In this document: piece by piece, positions 19,138 to 28,818 of the stretch
Layout of the letters: each line of letters begins with the position of its first letter
Position numbering within the stretch: the stretch's first letter is position 1
Origin: Candidatus Bathyarchaeia archaeon
GTDB taxonomy: Archaea > Thermoproteota > Bathyarchaeia > Bathyarchaeales > Bathycorpusculaceae
Reading direction: 5' to 3'
Length of the DNA stretch: 64,000 nucleotides
Assembly: GCA_050012755.1 (NCBI GenBank)
Contig: JBEKGO010000005.1
Coordinates: 12,543 to 76,542, forward strand
Made by a program: the position numbers and the translations under genes
The notes under the pieces: model-generated
Seen by the model: the letters and a program-made list of their open reading frames with translations, nothing else
Databases searched by the model: none
Told to the model about the DNA's origin: nothing

Positions 19138-19172
19138 CAACCTGCAAACGAACCAAACCCTAAACCAAAAAA
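19138..19172 (+). repeat. Conserved anchor motif
   Basis: CAACCTGCAAA-CGAAC-CAAACCCTAAACC-AAAAAA. Confidence 0.9.
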
Positions 19173-19327
19173 GCAAAGTGAAACAACCTGAACAAAAACT
19201 GGCCCAAACCCCCTCAATATGTCTGCTTTTGTCTTAATCGCTTATAGAAATTAATTAGTCAAAATTGATTTAATTTATATAAGCAACGTATAGTTTAGAT
19301 ATGTTATATCCTGCTTGGGGTAGACTT

Positions 19328-20302
19328 ATGAGTGAATCACGTAAAGTCCAACAGACACCTACCGGTACATTTTTTGTTTGTGTGCCTAGAGAATGGGCTA
19401 AAAAGAGTGCCTTAAAAAAAGGTGATTTAGTACGTTTAGAGGTTACTGCCGACGGCAAGCTTGTTGTGGATCCTTCCAATAATGTTGAGGCACCACCTAG
19501 AATCACTTCTTTAACGGTTGGTCCCTACTTGGGCAGAGAGATTGTTGGTCGTTACCTATTAGGTTATGACATAATTGATATTGAAGCGAAGGACAGAATT
19601 GACTCTGAAGCTAGGAAAATAGTTAAGTCAACTGCTAGTTCTTTGGCGGGCTTAGAAATTGTTGAAGAAACCAGCTCAAAGATTTCTTTACAAACCTTAA
19701 TGCAGCAGCCTTCAGGATTTATACCTGAAAAAATTCTTCATAGAACTTACGCAATCGTAGCGGGGATGACTCGTGACGCCGCTAACTCCTTTGTTTATGG
19801 GGATGTTGAGTTAGCTAAGAATGTTGTCGAGAGAGATGCCGAGAGCAACAAGCTTTATTTCTTGTTGGTCAGAATTCTGAGGACAATAATTCAGAATCCT
19901 CGCTTGAGCGAGAAACTTGGGATTACTCCTATAGAATGTTTAGATTATCGTTTGGCAGCAAGTTTGATTGAGGGTATAGGCGACGCATGTGTGCAGCTGG
20001 CGGCAGAAACAATTGCGCTTAACGGCGTGAAGATGCCTAGTGAACTTCAAAAATTGCTGCTTGATTTGCAGGAAACTTGCTGTAAAGCCAATGAGCAGGC
20101 ATTAAAATCCTTTGTAACCAAGGATATTTCATTAGCGGAAAATGTACGAAACCTGAGAACAAAAATCGATGATACATACTCAAACGTTGAGAAAGTGGCA
20201 AAAGACTCTTCTGTAGATTTGATGCCGCAGCTTTTAGCAGCAGTTTCTTTCCTTAGACAGATTTACGAACGAAGCGTTGACATGGCAGACTTAGTTGTTT
20301 AA
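19328..20302 (+). CDS. phoU: Phosphate uptake regulator PhoU with N-terminal AbrB domain
   Basis: MSESRKVQQTPTGTFFVCVPREWA AbrB domain plus two PhoU repeats (ORF track starts at 19301). Confidence 0.9.
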   Translation: MSESRKVQQTPTGTFFVCVPREWAKKSALKKGDLVRLEVTADGKLVVDPSNNVEAPPRITSLTVGPYLGREIVGRYLLGYDIIDIEAKDRIDSEARKIVKSTASSLAGLEIVEETSSKISLQTLMQQPSGFIPEKILHRTYAIVAGMTRDAANSFVYGDVELAKNVVERDAESNKLYFLLVRILRTIIQNPRLSEKLGITPIECLDYRLAASLIEGIGDACVQLAAETIALNGVKMPSELQKLLLDLQETCCKANEQALKSFVTKDISLAENVRNLRTKIDDTYSNVEKVAKDSSVDLMPQLLAAVSFLRQIYERSVDMADLVV

Positions 20303-20356
20303 TGGCTGGTAAAGGGTTAAATTTCATAGTTTACATTCAAATCAGGGATAACTTAC

Positions 20357-20977
20357 ATGCCAAGTATCACCGATAAAGTCGCTGATGCTCTTTACTCATC
20401 TGGCTGCTTAAAGTTTGGAAACTTTAAAATTAAGTCAGGAGCAAATAGCCCGTATTACATTGACCTTGCCCGTTTGCTTTCCAAACCAAAACATCTGTGC
20501 ACGATTGCTGAATTAGCAGCTGAGCAAATTAAACAAATAATGATTTCTGACTCAGTAGACAAATTGGCTTCGATTGAGCTTAAAGGTGCGTTGATGGTCC
20601 CCAGCATAGCTTGCCAAGTGAACTTGCCCTGCATCATAGTTAGAAAGGAGGCGAAAGCCTATGGAGTTACAGGAAGAATAGCTGGCGCCGACGTAGCGAA
20701 AGGTGACAGCATCCTGTTCTTTGATGACGTCATAAGTGAAGGCTTATCCAAAATTGAAGGCATCAAGCTCTTGCAAGATCTAGGAGGTACTGTTAAACAT
20801 TTACTAGTTGTTGTTAACCGAGAACAAGGCGGCAAAGAGAACCTGGAGAAACTAGGTTTCAAAGTGCATGCTTTAGCTAAAATCAGTGAACTCGTCAATT
20901 CACTATGTCAAAATAACCACATTTCAAAATTGCAAAACCAAGAGGTTTTTGCCTACCTGAAAAATTTTAAGGCTTAG
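20357..20977 (+). CDS. pyrE: Orotate phosphoribosyltransferase
   Basis: FGNFKIKSGANSPYYID, RKEAKAYG, ILFFDDVISEG PRPP loop. Confidence 0.85.
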   Translation: MPSITDKVADALYSSGCLKFGNFKIKSGANSPYYIDLARLLSKPKHLCTIAELAAEQIKQIMISDSVDKLASIELKGALMVPSIACQVNLPCIIVRKEAKAYGVTGRIAGADVAKGDSILFFDDVISEGLSKIEGIKLLQDLGGTVKHLLVVVNREQGGKENLEKLGFKVHALAKISELVNSLCQNNHISKLQNQEVFAYLKNFKA

Positions 20978-21201
20978 AAGAATACCACTTCATAATTTCT
21001 TTCGAGACGTTAGTAGAATAACCGCTTTTCATAAGCACCTTTCTAAGGTCTTTTTCCCCGTGAGACTCCATGTTTCGTCTTCAAATTGCCCTTGCAGGCT
21101 TAATATAAAGTTAATTAAAAACTAGGTAATATTTCAAATTATTATATACCTACATTTATTTGGATGCCTGACAAAAGAGTCACTTCAAAGGAAGAAACCT
21201 C

Positions 21202-22212
21202 ATGATGAACGACCAAAAACAAGTGGTTGAAGCCCTACTGAATTCACAAGCTTACCCTGAAGAACCAGGTAAAATCGAACTAATACAAACTCATAGTTCC
21301 TTTGTCTTTGTGACCAAGAAATTTGTTTATAAAATGAAGAAAGCTGTAAACTTTGGGTTCCTTGATTTTTCTACACTTGAAAAAAGACGCTTCTTCTGCG
21401 AAAAAGAATTAGAACTTAACAGAAGACTTTGCGAGGACGTATATCTTGAAGTCGTACCCATCAACAAATCAAACAATATTAAAATAGAAGGCGATGGCGA
21501 AACGATTGAATATGCCTTGAAAATGAAGCGTCTTCCTCAGCAAAAAATAATGACAATTCTTCTTAAAGAGGGCAAAGTGAACAATAAAACCATTGATGAG
21601 TTAGCCAAGATTATCGTGGAATTCCATTCTAAGGCCCAAACGAGCAGTGACATAAACATATATGGCTCTCTAAAAATCGTAAAGACAAATTGGGATGAAA
21701 ATTTCACTCAAACCCTAAAATATATTGATCGAACAATCTCACAAATGGATTTTGAATTTCTTCAAAGTCGTGTTAACAATTTCAATGAAAAAAATAGATT
21801 GCTTTTTGAAAACAGGATAAAAGACAATAAGATCAGAGACTGCCATGGCGATATGCATTCAGGAAATATTTTCATCACAAACCCAATCTGTATCTTTGAC
21901 GCTATCGAATTTAACGATCGTTTCAGATACTCTGATGTAGCTTCAGATGTTGCCTTTTTAGCGATGGACCTTGATTTTCAAAAGAGAGCTGACTTATCAG
22001 ATTACTTCATAAACCGATACATAATCTATTCTAAAGACCAAGAGTTAGTAAAGGTTCTTTCATTCTATAAGTGCTACAGAGCTTATGTACGTGGAAAGGT
22101 AATCAGCTTCAAACTCGATGACCCAAATGTGAAAATCGCTGAAAAGAAAGCCGCAGTCAAAGAAGCACGATCATACTTTAAACTGGCTGTAAAATATGCG
22201 AAAGACCTATGA
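21202..22212 (+). CDS. Aminoglycoside-phosphotransferase-like kinase (COG2187 N-terminal domain)
   Basis: IQTHSSFV, YKMKKAVNFGFLDFST, RDCHGDMHSGNI, IFDAIEFNDRFR. Confidence 0.85.
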   Translation: MMNDQKQVVEALLNSQAYPEEPGKIELIQTHSSFVFVTKKFVYKMKKAVNFGFLDFSTLEKRRFFCEKELELNRRLCEDVYLEVVPINKSNNIKIEGDGETIEYALKMKRLPQQKIMTILLKEGKVNNKTIDELAKIIVEFHSKAQTSSDINIYGSLKIVKTNWDENFTQTLKYIDRTISQMDFEFLQSRVNNFNEKNRLLFENRIKDNKIRDCHGDMHSGNIFITNPICIFDAIEFNDRFRYSDVASDVAFLAMDLDFQKRADLSDYFINRYIIYSKDQELVKVLSFYKCYRAYVRGKVISFKLDDPNVKIAEKKAAVKEARSYFKLAVKYAKDL

Positions 22213-22220
22213 AATCTCTA

Positions 22221-23087
22221 TTATGCGAATTGATTAACTACCCAATCAGGAATTTCAACGGTGCCCATTAAGATTGGTTTCTGGTGGCAATCGCTTCCGC
22301 CAGTCATCAGTAATTTCTTTTTCTTTGCGAACTCCACATAATGAAAAGTTGTTTCTGCGGTGTTCCTTGAATGCCAACATTCCACGCCGTCAATATAAGG
22401 CAACATTTTCTCTTGGATAATTTCCGTTTGCTCAAATAACGATTTAGATAGTGCTGCCAACGAAGTGCCATGCGGGTCATTTGGGTGAGCCAGAACCAAT
22501 TTTCCACCTGCACCTCTGATAAGACTGGAAGCTTCTTCCAAATAAAGCGGATACTTGGGAACATCACATTTTACAAGATACTTGTCAAATGCTTCCTGAC
22601 GTGTTTTAACGATGTTTTTCTTCACTAAATAATCAGCAATGTGGGGTCTGCCAAGCACTCCATCAACTGACTCCTCAATCTGCCTTAAATCATCATGGCC
22701 TAGCGCTGAAATGTTTTCTTTTTTGAATTCTGTGTTTAGATTGTTGAAGATTTTTGCAGCTCTGTCTTCTCGATATTTCGCTATTTTTACCAGTTTGCTT
22801 CTTAATGCTTCATTATCGGCGTCAAATTGATATCCTAAAAAATCTAGCGAAACCGCTTTGCCTTCATTGTATTTTGGGTGCGAAAAAGTCACGTTTAGCT
22901 CCACGCCTGTGACGTATCCTACCTGTTCTTTTTTCGATAATGTTCTGGCTTGGGTTTGGCAGACAATAGAGTCGTGATCTGTAATCGCCAGAAATCCGAT
23001 GTTTCTGGTTTTTGCTTCTTTAAGAATTTCCTGCACAGTCAACTTTCCGTCTGAAGCTGAGGAGTGAACGTGCAAGTCAATTATCAT
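22221..23087 (-). CDS. PHP-domain phosphoesterase (YciV/TrpH-like)
   Basis: DLHVHSSASDG, ITDHDS, GRPHIA, LAHP, GGSDCH. Confidence 0.9.
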   Translation of the reverse strand: MIIDLHVHSSASDGKLTVQEILKEAKTRNIGFLAITDHDSIVCQTQARTLSKKEQVGYVTGVELNVTFSHPKYNEGKAVSLDFLGYQFDADNEALRSKLVKIAKYREDRAAKIFNNLNTEFKKENISALGHDDLRQIEESVDGVLGRPHIADYLVKKNIVKTRQEAFDKYLVKCDVPKYPLYLEEASSLIRGAGGKLVLAHPNDPHGTSLAALSKSLFEQTEIIQEKMLPYIDGVECWHSRNTAETTFHYVEFAKKKKLLMTGGSDCHQKPILMGTVEIPDWVVNQFA

Positions 23088-23104
23088 TCGGAAAACCGTG
23101 CTCT

Positions 23105-23854
23105 TTACTTTTTCTCCATTCTTATAACGTACCAGTCTTTAGCATTATCGTGGCAAGTATCAACCGTCAAGTGCAGAATTCTAAGCGTTGGAAAGTTTTT
23201 CTTTATTTCTTCAATATTAACAGATTCAAACTTCTTCTTGTTCGCAAGGTAGGCATCTACTGTTAAAGCATTTGATTCGTATTTCTCTTTAGTTCTCCTC
23301 TCAATTCTTGCAACAGAAACTTCCTGCGGACAACTTGTTTGCATGATGACAAATTCCATGTTATGTTTCGCTGCCACTTCAGCCGCGCGTCTGCGTAAAT
23401 CCTGCGTGACAAATGTGGCATCCAAAATTATGCCGCCGTCTTTTTTGTCTGCAAGTTCATCTGCTCGACGAAAGACTTCATCGTAAACAGACATGCGCTT
23501 GTTCATGTTTCCAGCAACTTTAGGGTCAAAAACGTCCTCATTTTTTAGTACCTCTAAGCGGATTATGTCGCTTCGAAGAATTGTGTATTCTTTGATTTTT
23601 GAGACTTCTTCTGCAGTTTCTGTTTTCCAAGTTCCAGGTAATCCGCATGTAATAAGTAATGTTCTGAGTCCCAGATTTACTTTAATGAATTTGGCAAAAG
23701 GTTCTCTCAAGCATGCTGCCTCTTTACAGTTAGCTTTGAATGAGGTGTAATTAAACTTTTTCCAGCCCAAAAATGGTGCTTGCCCCCTTGCTTCACACTT
23801 AACCTGACTTTGCCTTAAAGGAAATTCTAAATAGGTAGGAGACACAATGTTCAT
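23105..23854 (-). CDS. AAA_33 / P-loop kinase (COG0645-like)
   Basis: TCGLPGTWKT, ILRSDIIR, IILDATF; true start possibly TTG 23710. Confidence 0.8.
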   Translation of the reverse strand: MNIVSPTYLEFPLRQSQVKCEARGQAPFLGWKKFNYTSFKANCKEAACLREPFAKFIKVNLGLRTLLITCGLPGTWKTETAEEVSKIKEYTILRSDIIRLEVLKNEDVFDPKVAGNMNKRMSVYDEVFRRADELADKKDGGIILDATFVTQDLRRRAAEVAAKHNMEFVIMQTSCPQEVSVARIERRTKEKYESNALTVDAYLANKKKFESVNIEEIKKNFPTLRILHLTVDTCHDNAKDWYVIRMEKK

Positions 23855-23871
23855 AAAAAGAAGGAATATTT

Positions 23872-25128
23872 GTGGAAGAATTCCAAGTTAAAGACAAAAC
23901 TTTGGCACCTCAAGGTCACTTACAAATTGAATGGGCAGCAAAACATATGCCCGTCCTTAAAATAATAGAAACTCGATTTGAAAAAGAAAAACCGCTTAAA
24001 GGCCAAACCTTGGCCGCATGCCTACACGTAACCAAAGAAACAGCAGTTCTCATAAAAGCATTAATCGCTGGGGGCGCAGACATCGCACTTTGCGGTTCCA
24101 ATCCGCTTTCAACACAAGACGACGTTGCTGCAGCCTTAGCAGACAGTGGTGTACACGTCTTCGCTTGGAGAGGGCAAAACACCGAAGAATATTACAAATG
24201 CATTGATAACGTCCTCGACTACAAGCCAACCATAACCCTTGATGATGGCGCAGACTTAGTCGGAACCCTGCACAGCAAGCGCCAAAACCAGATAAAAGAC
24301 CTTAAGGGCGGAACCGAAGAAACCACAACCGGTGTCATACGCCTGAGAGCCATGGAACAAGATGGTAGCCTCAGGTACCCCATCGTAGCTGTCAACGATG
24401 CCTACACCAAGTACCTCTTCGATAACCGGTATGGAACAGGTCAAAGCACTATGGATGGAATTCTTCGGGCAACTTCAGTTTTGATTGCGGGCAAAAACTT
24501 TGTGGTCGGCGGGTACGGATGGTGCAGCCGAGGCATCGCAATGCGGGCGCAAGGTATGGGTGCAAATGTAATTGTCACCGAAGTCCAACCTACTCGAGCA
24601 TTAGAAGCAGCCATGAATGGTCTACGAGTTATGCCAATGTCTGAAGCTGCAGCTATTGGCGATATCTTCGTAACGGCAACCGGCGACCTAAATGTTATCC
24701 GTAAAGAGCATATGCAGAAGATGAAAGATGGCGCTATAATGTGCAATAGCGGCCACTTTAACGTAGAAATTAGCATCCCTGACTTAGAATCGATTTCCAA
24801 AGGCAAACGAACTATTCGACCAAACATGGAAGAATATGCCCTAAGGGATGGCAGAAAACTATACCTGCTCGCCGAGGGTAGACTGGTCAATTTAGCCGCA
24901 GCAGAAGGTCACCCATCAGAAGTTATGGACATGTCTTTTGCAAACCAAGCCCTCAGCTCTGAGTTTATAGCTAAATCTGGCAAGCTTCAAACAAAAGTTT
25001 ACTGCGTGCCGAAAGAAATCGATGAAAAAGTCGCTGAATTAAAGCTTAATTCGATGGGTATAAAAATTGACCAGCTTACAGCTGAACAGAAAAAATACCT
25101 GTCGACATGGGAAATGGGAACTACATAA
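23872..25128 (+). CDS. ahcY: Adenosylhomocysteinase
   Basis: [50 protein letters not shown]. Confidence 0.97.
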   Translation: MEEFQVKDKTLAPQGHLQIEWAAKHMPVLKIIETRFEKEKPLKGQTLAACLHVTKETAVLIKALIAGGADIALCGSNPLSTQDDVAAALADSGVHVFAWRGQNTEEYYKCIDNVLDYKPTITLDDGADLVGTLHSKRQNQIKDLKGGTEETTTGVIRLRAMEQDGSLRYPIVAVNDAYTKYLFDNRYGTGQSTMDGILRATSVLIAGKNFVVGGYGWCSRGIAMRAQGMGANVIVTEVQPTRALEAAMNGLRVMPMSEAAAIGDIFVTATGDLNVIRKEHMQKMKDGAIMCNSGHFNVEISIPDLESISKGKRTIRPNMEEYALRDGRKLYLLAEGRLVNLAAAEGHPSEVMDMSFANQALSSEFIAKSGKLQTKVYCVPKEIDEKVAELKLNSMGIKIDQLTAEQKKYLSTWEMGTT

Positions 25129-25200
25129 TCAAGAGCCTGCTTAAACATGACAAACTTTAAATTGCTTGACATAGTACATGGCTATAAAGTGGTGACTTAA

Positions 25201-25548
25201 ATGGTTAGCAAAGATCAAGGTATAGGTGGAGCAATACTAGCAGTCTGCGTAATCGTCATTATAGGATTTATCGTCCTCGTAGGCTACCCCCAAATCTTGG
25301 GACTGAATAACCCCGATACAGTCAGGCTGTATGCAGTGACGGTTCTTGTTACAGTAGCATTCATCGCCATACTAGCGATCGGAGCGTGGATAGGCTGGAC
25401 AATGGCAACAACACCGCCTCCAAAACCAATCGAAGAAATAACAACTGAGATGGAAGAGAAAAAGGAAGAACCAAAAACAGAAGAGCCAGCTAAACAAGCC
25501 GAAATGCCTGCCACCGATGACAAAACTGCACCAAAGAAAAAGAAATAA
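25201..25548 (+). CDS. Conserved small two-TM membrane protein
   Basis: Two TM helices then WIGWTMATTPPPKPIEE and a charged tail; GGTGA SD. Confidence 0.8.
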   Translation: MVSKDQGIGGAILAVCVIVIIGFIVLVGYPQILGLNNPDTVRLYAVTVLVTVAFIAILAIGAWIGWTMATTPPPKPIEEITTEMEEKKEEPKTEEPAKQAEMPATDDKTAPKKKK

Positions 25549-25617
25549 ATTCGCATAAATCTTTCTATCTTTCGCTTCTTTAATTTTTTTATTTGTTAAT
25601 ATCAAAACTCAAATTTT

Positions 25618-25840
25618 TTACCTCATTTTTCTGAGCATGCATTCAAGGATATCCATGCAAGAGAGACATTCGTTAGGAATTTTCTCCCTTCTGACGTTCA
25701 CTTGGGTAACCGAAATGATAGTGAGAATCTGCAGGTTTTTCTTTATTTTGTGTCGTTGTCTGTTAGCGAAAAATTGTTTCTGTAAGTCTTTCTTCTAATG
25801 TGTTATTTTGTGCCGCGAAAGCATCTGTTATTTCAGTCAA
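25618..25840 (-). pseudogene. Disrupted small Cys-rich protein gene
   Basis: Hand translation: LTEITDAFAAQNNTLEERLTETIFR*QTTTQNKEKPADSHYHFGYPSERQKGE, then a frameshift to IPNECLSCMDILECMLRKMR*. One in-frame TAA and one frameshift. Confidence 0.4.
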
Positions 25841-26032
25841 ACAATATGAACAGGCGGTATATGGCTCACATGAATGCTGTTTTAAATCTAACGCTTTAAG
25901 TAGCGTTTTGAAACTTTTCTTACACGAAGGATTTTGACAATTAGACGACGTTTTTAACCACTCTCTTTACTGACATTAGAGAATGGGTTTTGCTGGTTTA
26001 TAGTGTTAATGAATCTGGACTGAAGAGTCTAA

Positions 26033-27229
26033 CTACTCTGCAGTGCAAGCTTGGGTTGGAGAAGCCAACTTCTTTAAGTCATCAGTGCCTTCAGCGTATC
26101 CTGAGGCAATTAACACGTCGCCTTCTTGGATTCTTGAGTCTGCTCTTGGGCGCAAGCATTTCTCTCCTCGTTTGATTACTAAGATCCACATGCCGCTTTC
26201 TTCATGAACTCGCGCTTCCTTTAAGGTCTTGTTTATGAGCGGAGAATCTCCAGTAACACAAGCTTGTGTGACTGTTTCCTCAGCTTCCTTAATGGTTAAT
26301 TTCAAAATTGGATGCGGTTCGATGCCTCTTAGAACAACTTCAGCCATATCTGCAGCTGCATCAGCAATTTTTTCCGTTGCTACACCCAGCCGAATTAGTC
26401 CTAGGAAACCCGAAGCTTCTTCCTTCTTGAAGTCACTGGTTAAAGCGAGCAATTCAAAATCGGTGTGCAACTGATCCATGCGTTCTTCAAGGCGCTCGAC
26501 TTCTTCAGCTAGTTCCTTACTGTTCAATAGAAGTGAAGAATACGCTAAATCCAACATAACTTCAGATGTGTCTTTTAGTTCTACGAATCTTGAAACTATT
26601 TCCTCGAATTTAGCTCGTTCTTGAACGTTTAGTTTTGCAAGTTCACCCTCAGCTAAATCTTTAAACTCTTCAGTGCCCGATTGCGCGCCACGAGTGATTA
26701 ATATGTCCCCTTCAAAGACTCTCTCAGTCTTCTTGGGATTAAGTATCCAATCATTATTTCGTCGGATGGCAATGATATCGACACCCATTCTTGCTGCTAA
26801 ATCCAGTTCCTCTATTCTTTTCTTCACAATCGCTGAATTTGATTTAACAGTCACTTTCATTAAACGCTCTTCTACTTTTTCAAAAATTTCGCCAACTATA
26901 GGGTGAATGCCAATGTTGCGGATTACTATGGCTGCTATGTCGGCAGCAGCATCCGAAATTTTATCGGTTGAGGAAGCAACTCTGGAGATGCCGACCATTG
27001 CTTCAGCATCTTTTGGATCTCTGGAAGCAACCATTATTTCCATGTCTAAAAGATATGCCAACGTATCTACGCGGCTTTCGAGCGCAATAACGTCTTCGGC
27101 GAGGTCTTTATCATTGTATAAAGCCGCGGAATACGCTAAATCAATCATTAGTTCAGAAAGATTTTTCATTTCAAGTAAGAGTTCCCTAACTGGAATAGGT
27201 TTGTACTCTATCTTTTCAAATTTAGGCAT
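26033..27229 (-). CDS. PhoU/TrkA-C domain protein (potassium channel-associated family), internally duplicated
   Basis: Two MK(N/D)xSExMxDLAYS PhoU-like units, each followed by an RCK-C domain. Confidence 0.85.
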   Translation of the reverse strand: MPKFEKIEYKPIPVRELLLEMKNLSELMIDLAYSAALYNDKDLAEDVIALESRVDTLAYLLDMEIMVASRDPKDAEAMVGISRVASSTDKISDAAADIAAIVIRNIGIHPIVGEIFEKVEERLMKVTVKSNSAIVKKRIEELDLAARMGVDIIAIRRNNDWILNPKKTERVFEGDILITRGAQSGTEEFKDLAEGELAKLNVQERAKFEEIVSRFVELKDTSEVMLDLAYSSLLLNSKELAEEVERLEERMDQLHTDFELLALTSDFKKEEASGFLGLIRLGVATEKIADAAADMAEVVLRGIEPHPILKLTIKEAEETVTQACVTGDSPLINKTLKEARVHEESGMWILVIKRGEKCLRPRADSRIQEGDVLIASGYAEGTDDLKKLASPTQACTAE

Positions 27230-27285
27230 TCCTTGAGATCGCTCTCCTGAATAATATGTCGTTCTTGATTATTTGAATTATACTC

Positions 27286-28560
27286 TTAAGTTCCGATTAA
27301 TAATAAAGCTATTAGCAAAGCTATTGAGGTCACGATTGCAGCTAATGATGTTTCAACTGGAATTACAAAGTGTTCCGGATTCAAACCCCTTTTGAATGTC
27401 AATATCGCAATCCCGTAAGATATAAGCACAATACTTATGACCGCTATTACGTTAGATAACCAAATTGTCCCAATAAAATCGAGCACATTTGATAGCTGAA
27501 ACACATGATTAATCGCTATAGATATGAGGGCTAAAATGGTCACAACTAAAAGTGATGCCGTCCCAGCGCTTAAAATATTCTTTGCGTGATTTTTTATTGA
27601 AGCAAAAGTTGGTGTCAGTATTCCCAAAGCGAGTTTTGTGTTTGCGGTCGAGCCTACGACTGAGCCAACATTGCTAACCATATTAATTAAAGCTGGATAA
27701 ATTGTGTAGATTTCTTTTCGGTTTGCGGCGAAGTTACTTATTCCTTTGAAAATAGTTCCTGTTAGAGTTACTAACATTGCTACTAACATTAGCATCAGGA
27801 GCGATTCGCGTATAGTTGTTATGAATTCAGGTTCTTGTTTGTCTTTAGATAATAAATATAAAACAAGGAAGACATGAGTAAAACCGATTGCGATAATTGC
27901 TAAATAGCCTAAGGGCAAAAAGAAGAAGAGGTTTAGGACTCCAATATAGCACAGTGTTATGAAAATGATTGCTGCTGTTGATATTATCGGGTAAACCACT
28001 ATGTCTGGATCTAGTCCTCTTCTGAAAGACACAAAAGCAACTTTTATGGTTACAAAAGTAAAAAGCAGACCGATGGCCAGTGTTGAAACCATAACTGATG
28101 ATATGGCTGCAAAATCAGTTAGAGCTATGCCCCAAAGCAAATAACCAAACAATAAGGAAATTAAGCTAACTGTTAGGCTTGTTACAAGCGTTAATACAAT
28201 TATGGCATGGATTAATTTATGGAAGCTTCTGGTATTTCCAGAAAAACGTGGGTGAATAGTACCAAGATGGAGCCCAGTACTTAGACGACCACTAAGTAAA
28301 CCGCTAATTACCCTTGTACTAATGAGTGTTGGATAAAGAGCCAAAGCCCAAGGCGAGAGCCTGAAAACGTTAAGCTGATAAGCAATCAGGAAACCAGCAG
28401 CTAATCCTGCTATGTCAAAAAAATAAGCTAATGATGTTTCTTTGAACATTCCCCAGAAGTTTTTTGAAACGCCGCCATGTGAGATTCTGATTGCCCCCTT
28501 AATACTCACGATCCGTTGGATCTCTTGACAGAGAATGTGTTGGCTGGAGTTTTGCTGCAA
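27286..28560 (-). CDS. MgtE/SLC41-type divalent cation transporter
   Basis: Duplicated membrane domain with GLDPDIVVYP and GLNPEHFVIP motifs; start uncertain. Confidence 0.85.
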   Translation of the reverse strand: MQQNSSQHILCQEIQRIVSIKGAIRISHGGVSKNFWGMFKETSLAYFFDIAGLAAGFLIAYQLNVFRLSPWALALYPTLISTRVISGLLSGRLSTGLHLGTIHPRFSGNTRSFHKLIHAIIVLTLVTSLTVSLISLLFGYLLWGIALTDFAAISSVMVSTLAIGLLFTFVTIKVAFVSFRRGLDPDIVVYPIISTAAIIFITLCYIGVLNLFFFLPLGYLAIIAIGFTHVFLVLYLLSKDKQEPEFITTIRESLLMLMLVAMLVTLTGTIFKGISNFAANRKEIYTIYPALINMVSNVGSVVGSTANTKLALGILTPTFASIKNHAKNILSAGTASLLVVTILALISIAINHVFQLSNVLDFIGTIWLSNVIAVISIVLISYGIAILTFKRGLNPEHFVIPVETSLAAIVTSIALLIALLLIGT

Positions 28561-28818
28561 TCAGAATTGTTTGTTGTTACTTTCAACCACTCGGTCGCTG
28601 TGAGGGCATCATCCGTATTTATCGATTTGTGGACTCTCATCATATTTTCATCGCCATCGATTTTTGGTTGGCGGTCCACAGGTCCCGATTCCTGCGTTTT
28701 GCGGGCTGCCAAAGCCATTTTAACTGCCGATTAAAGTTTTTGAAAGACACCCATGGCTTAAATAGTTTCTGCAAATGTACTTATTTTTAATTAACTTTTC
28801 GTGTTCATGTTTCCTTGG

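Noticed and set aside
18755-19163. ORFs 18755-18994, 18805-19086 and 18828-19163
   Set aside because: They are translations of the 10-bp arrays in different frames; a period of 10 is incompatible with a protein repeat.
19154-19166. AAACCCTAAACC as a telomere/telomerase-template-like sequence
   Set aside because: Only about 1.5 units, one copy reads CCCC, and no reverse transcriptase is nearby; treated as coincidence within the anchor.
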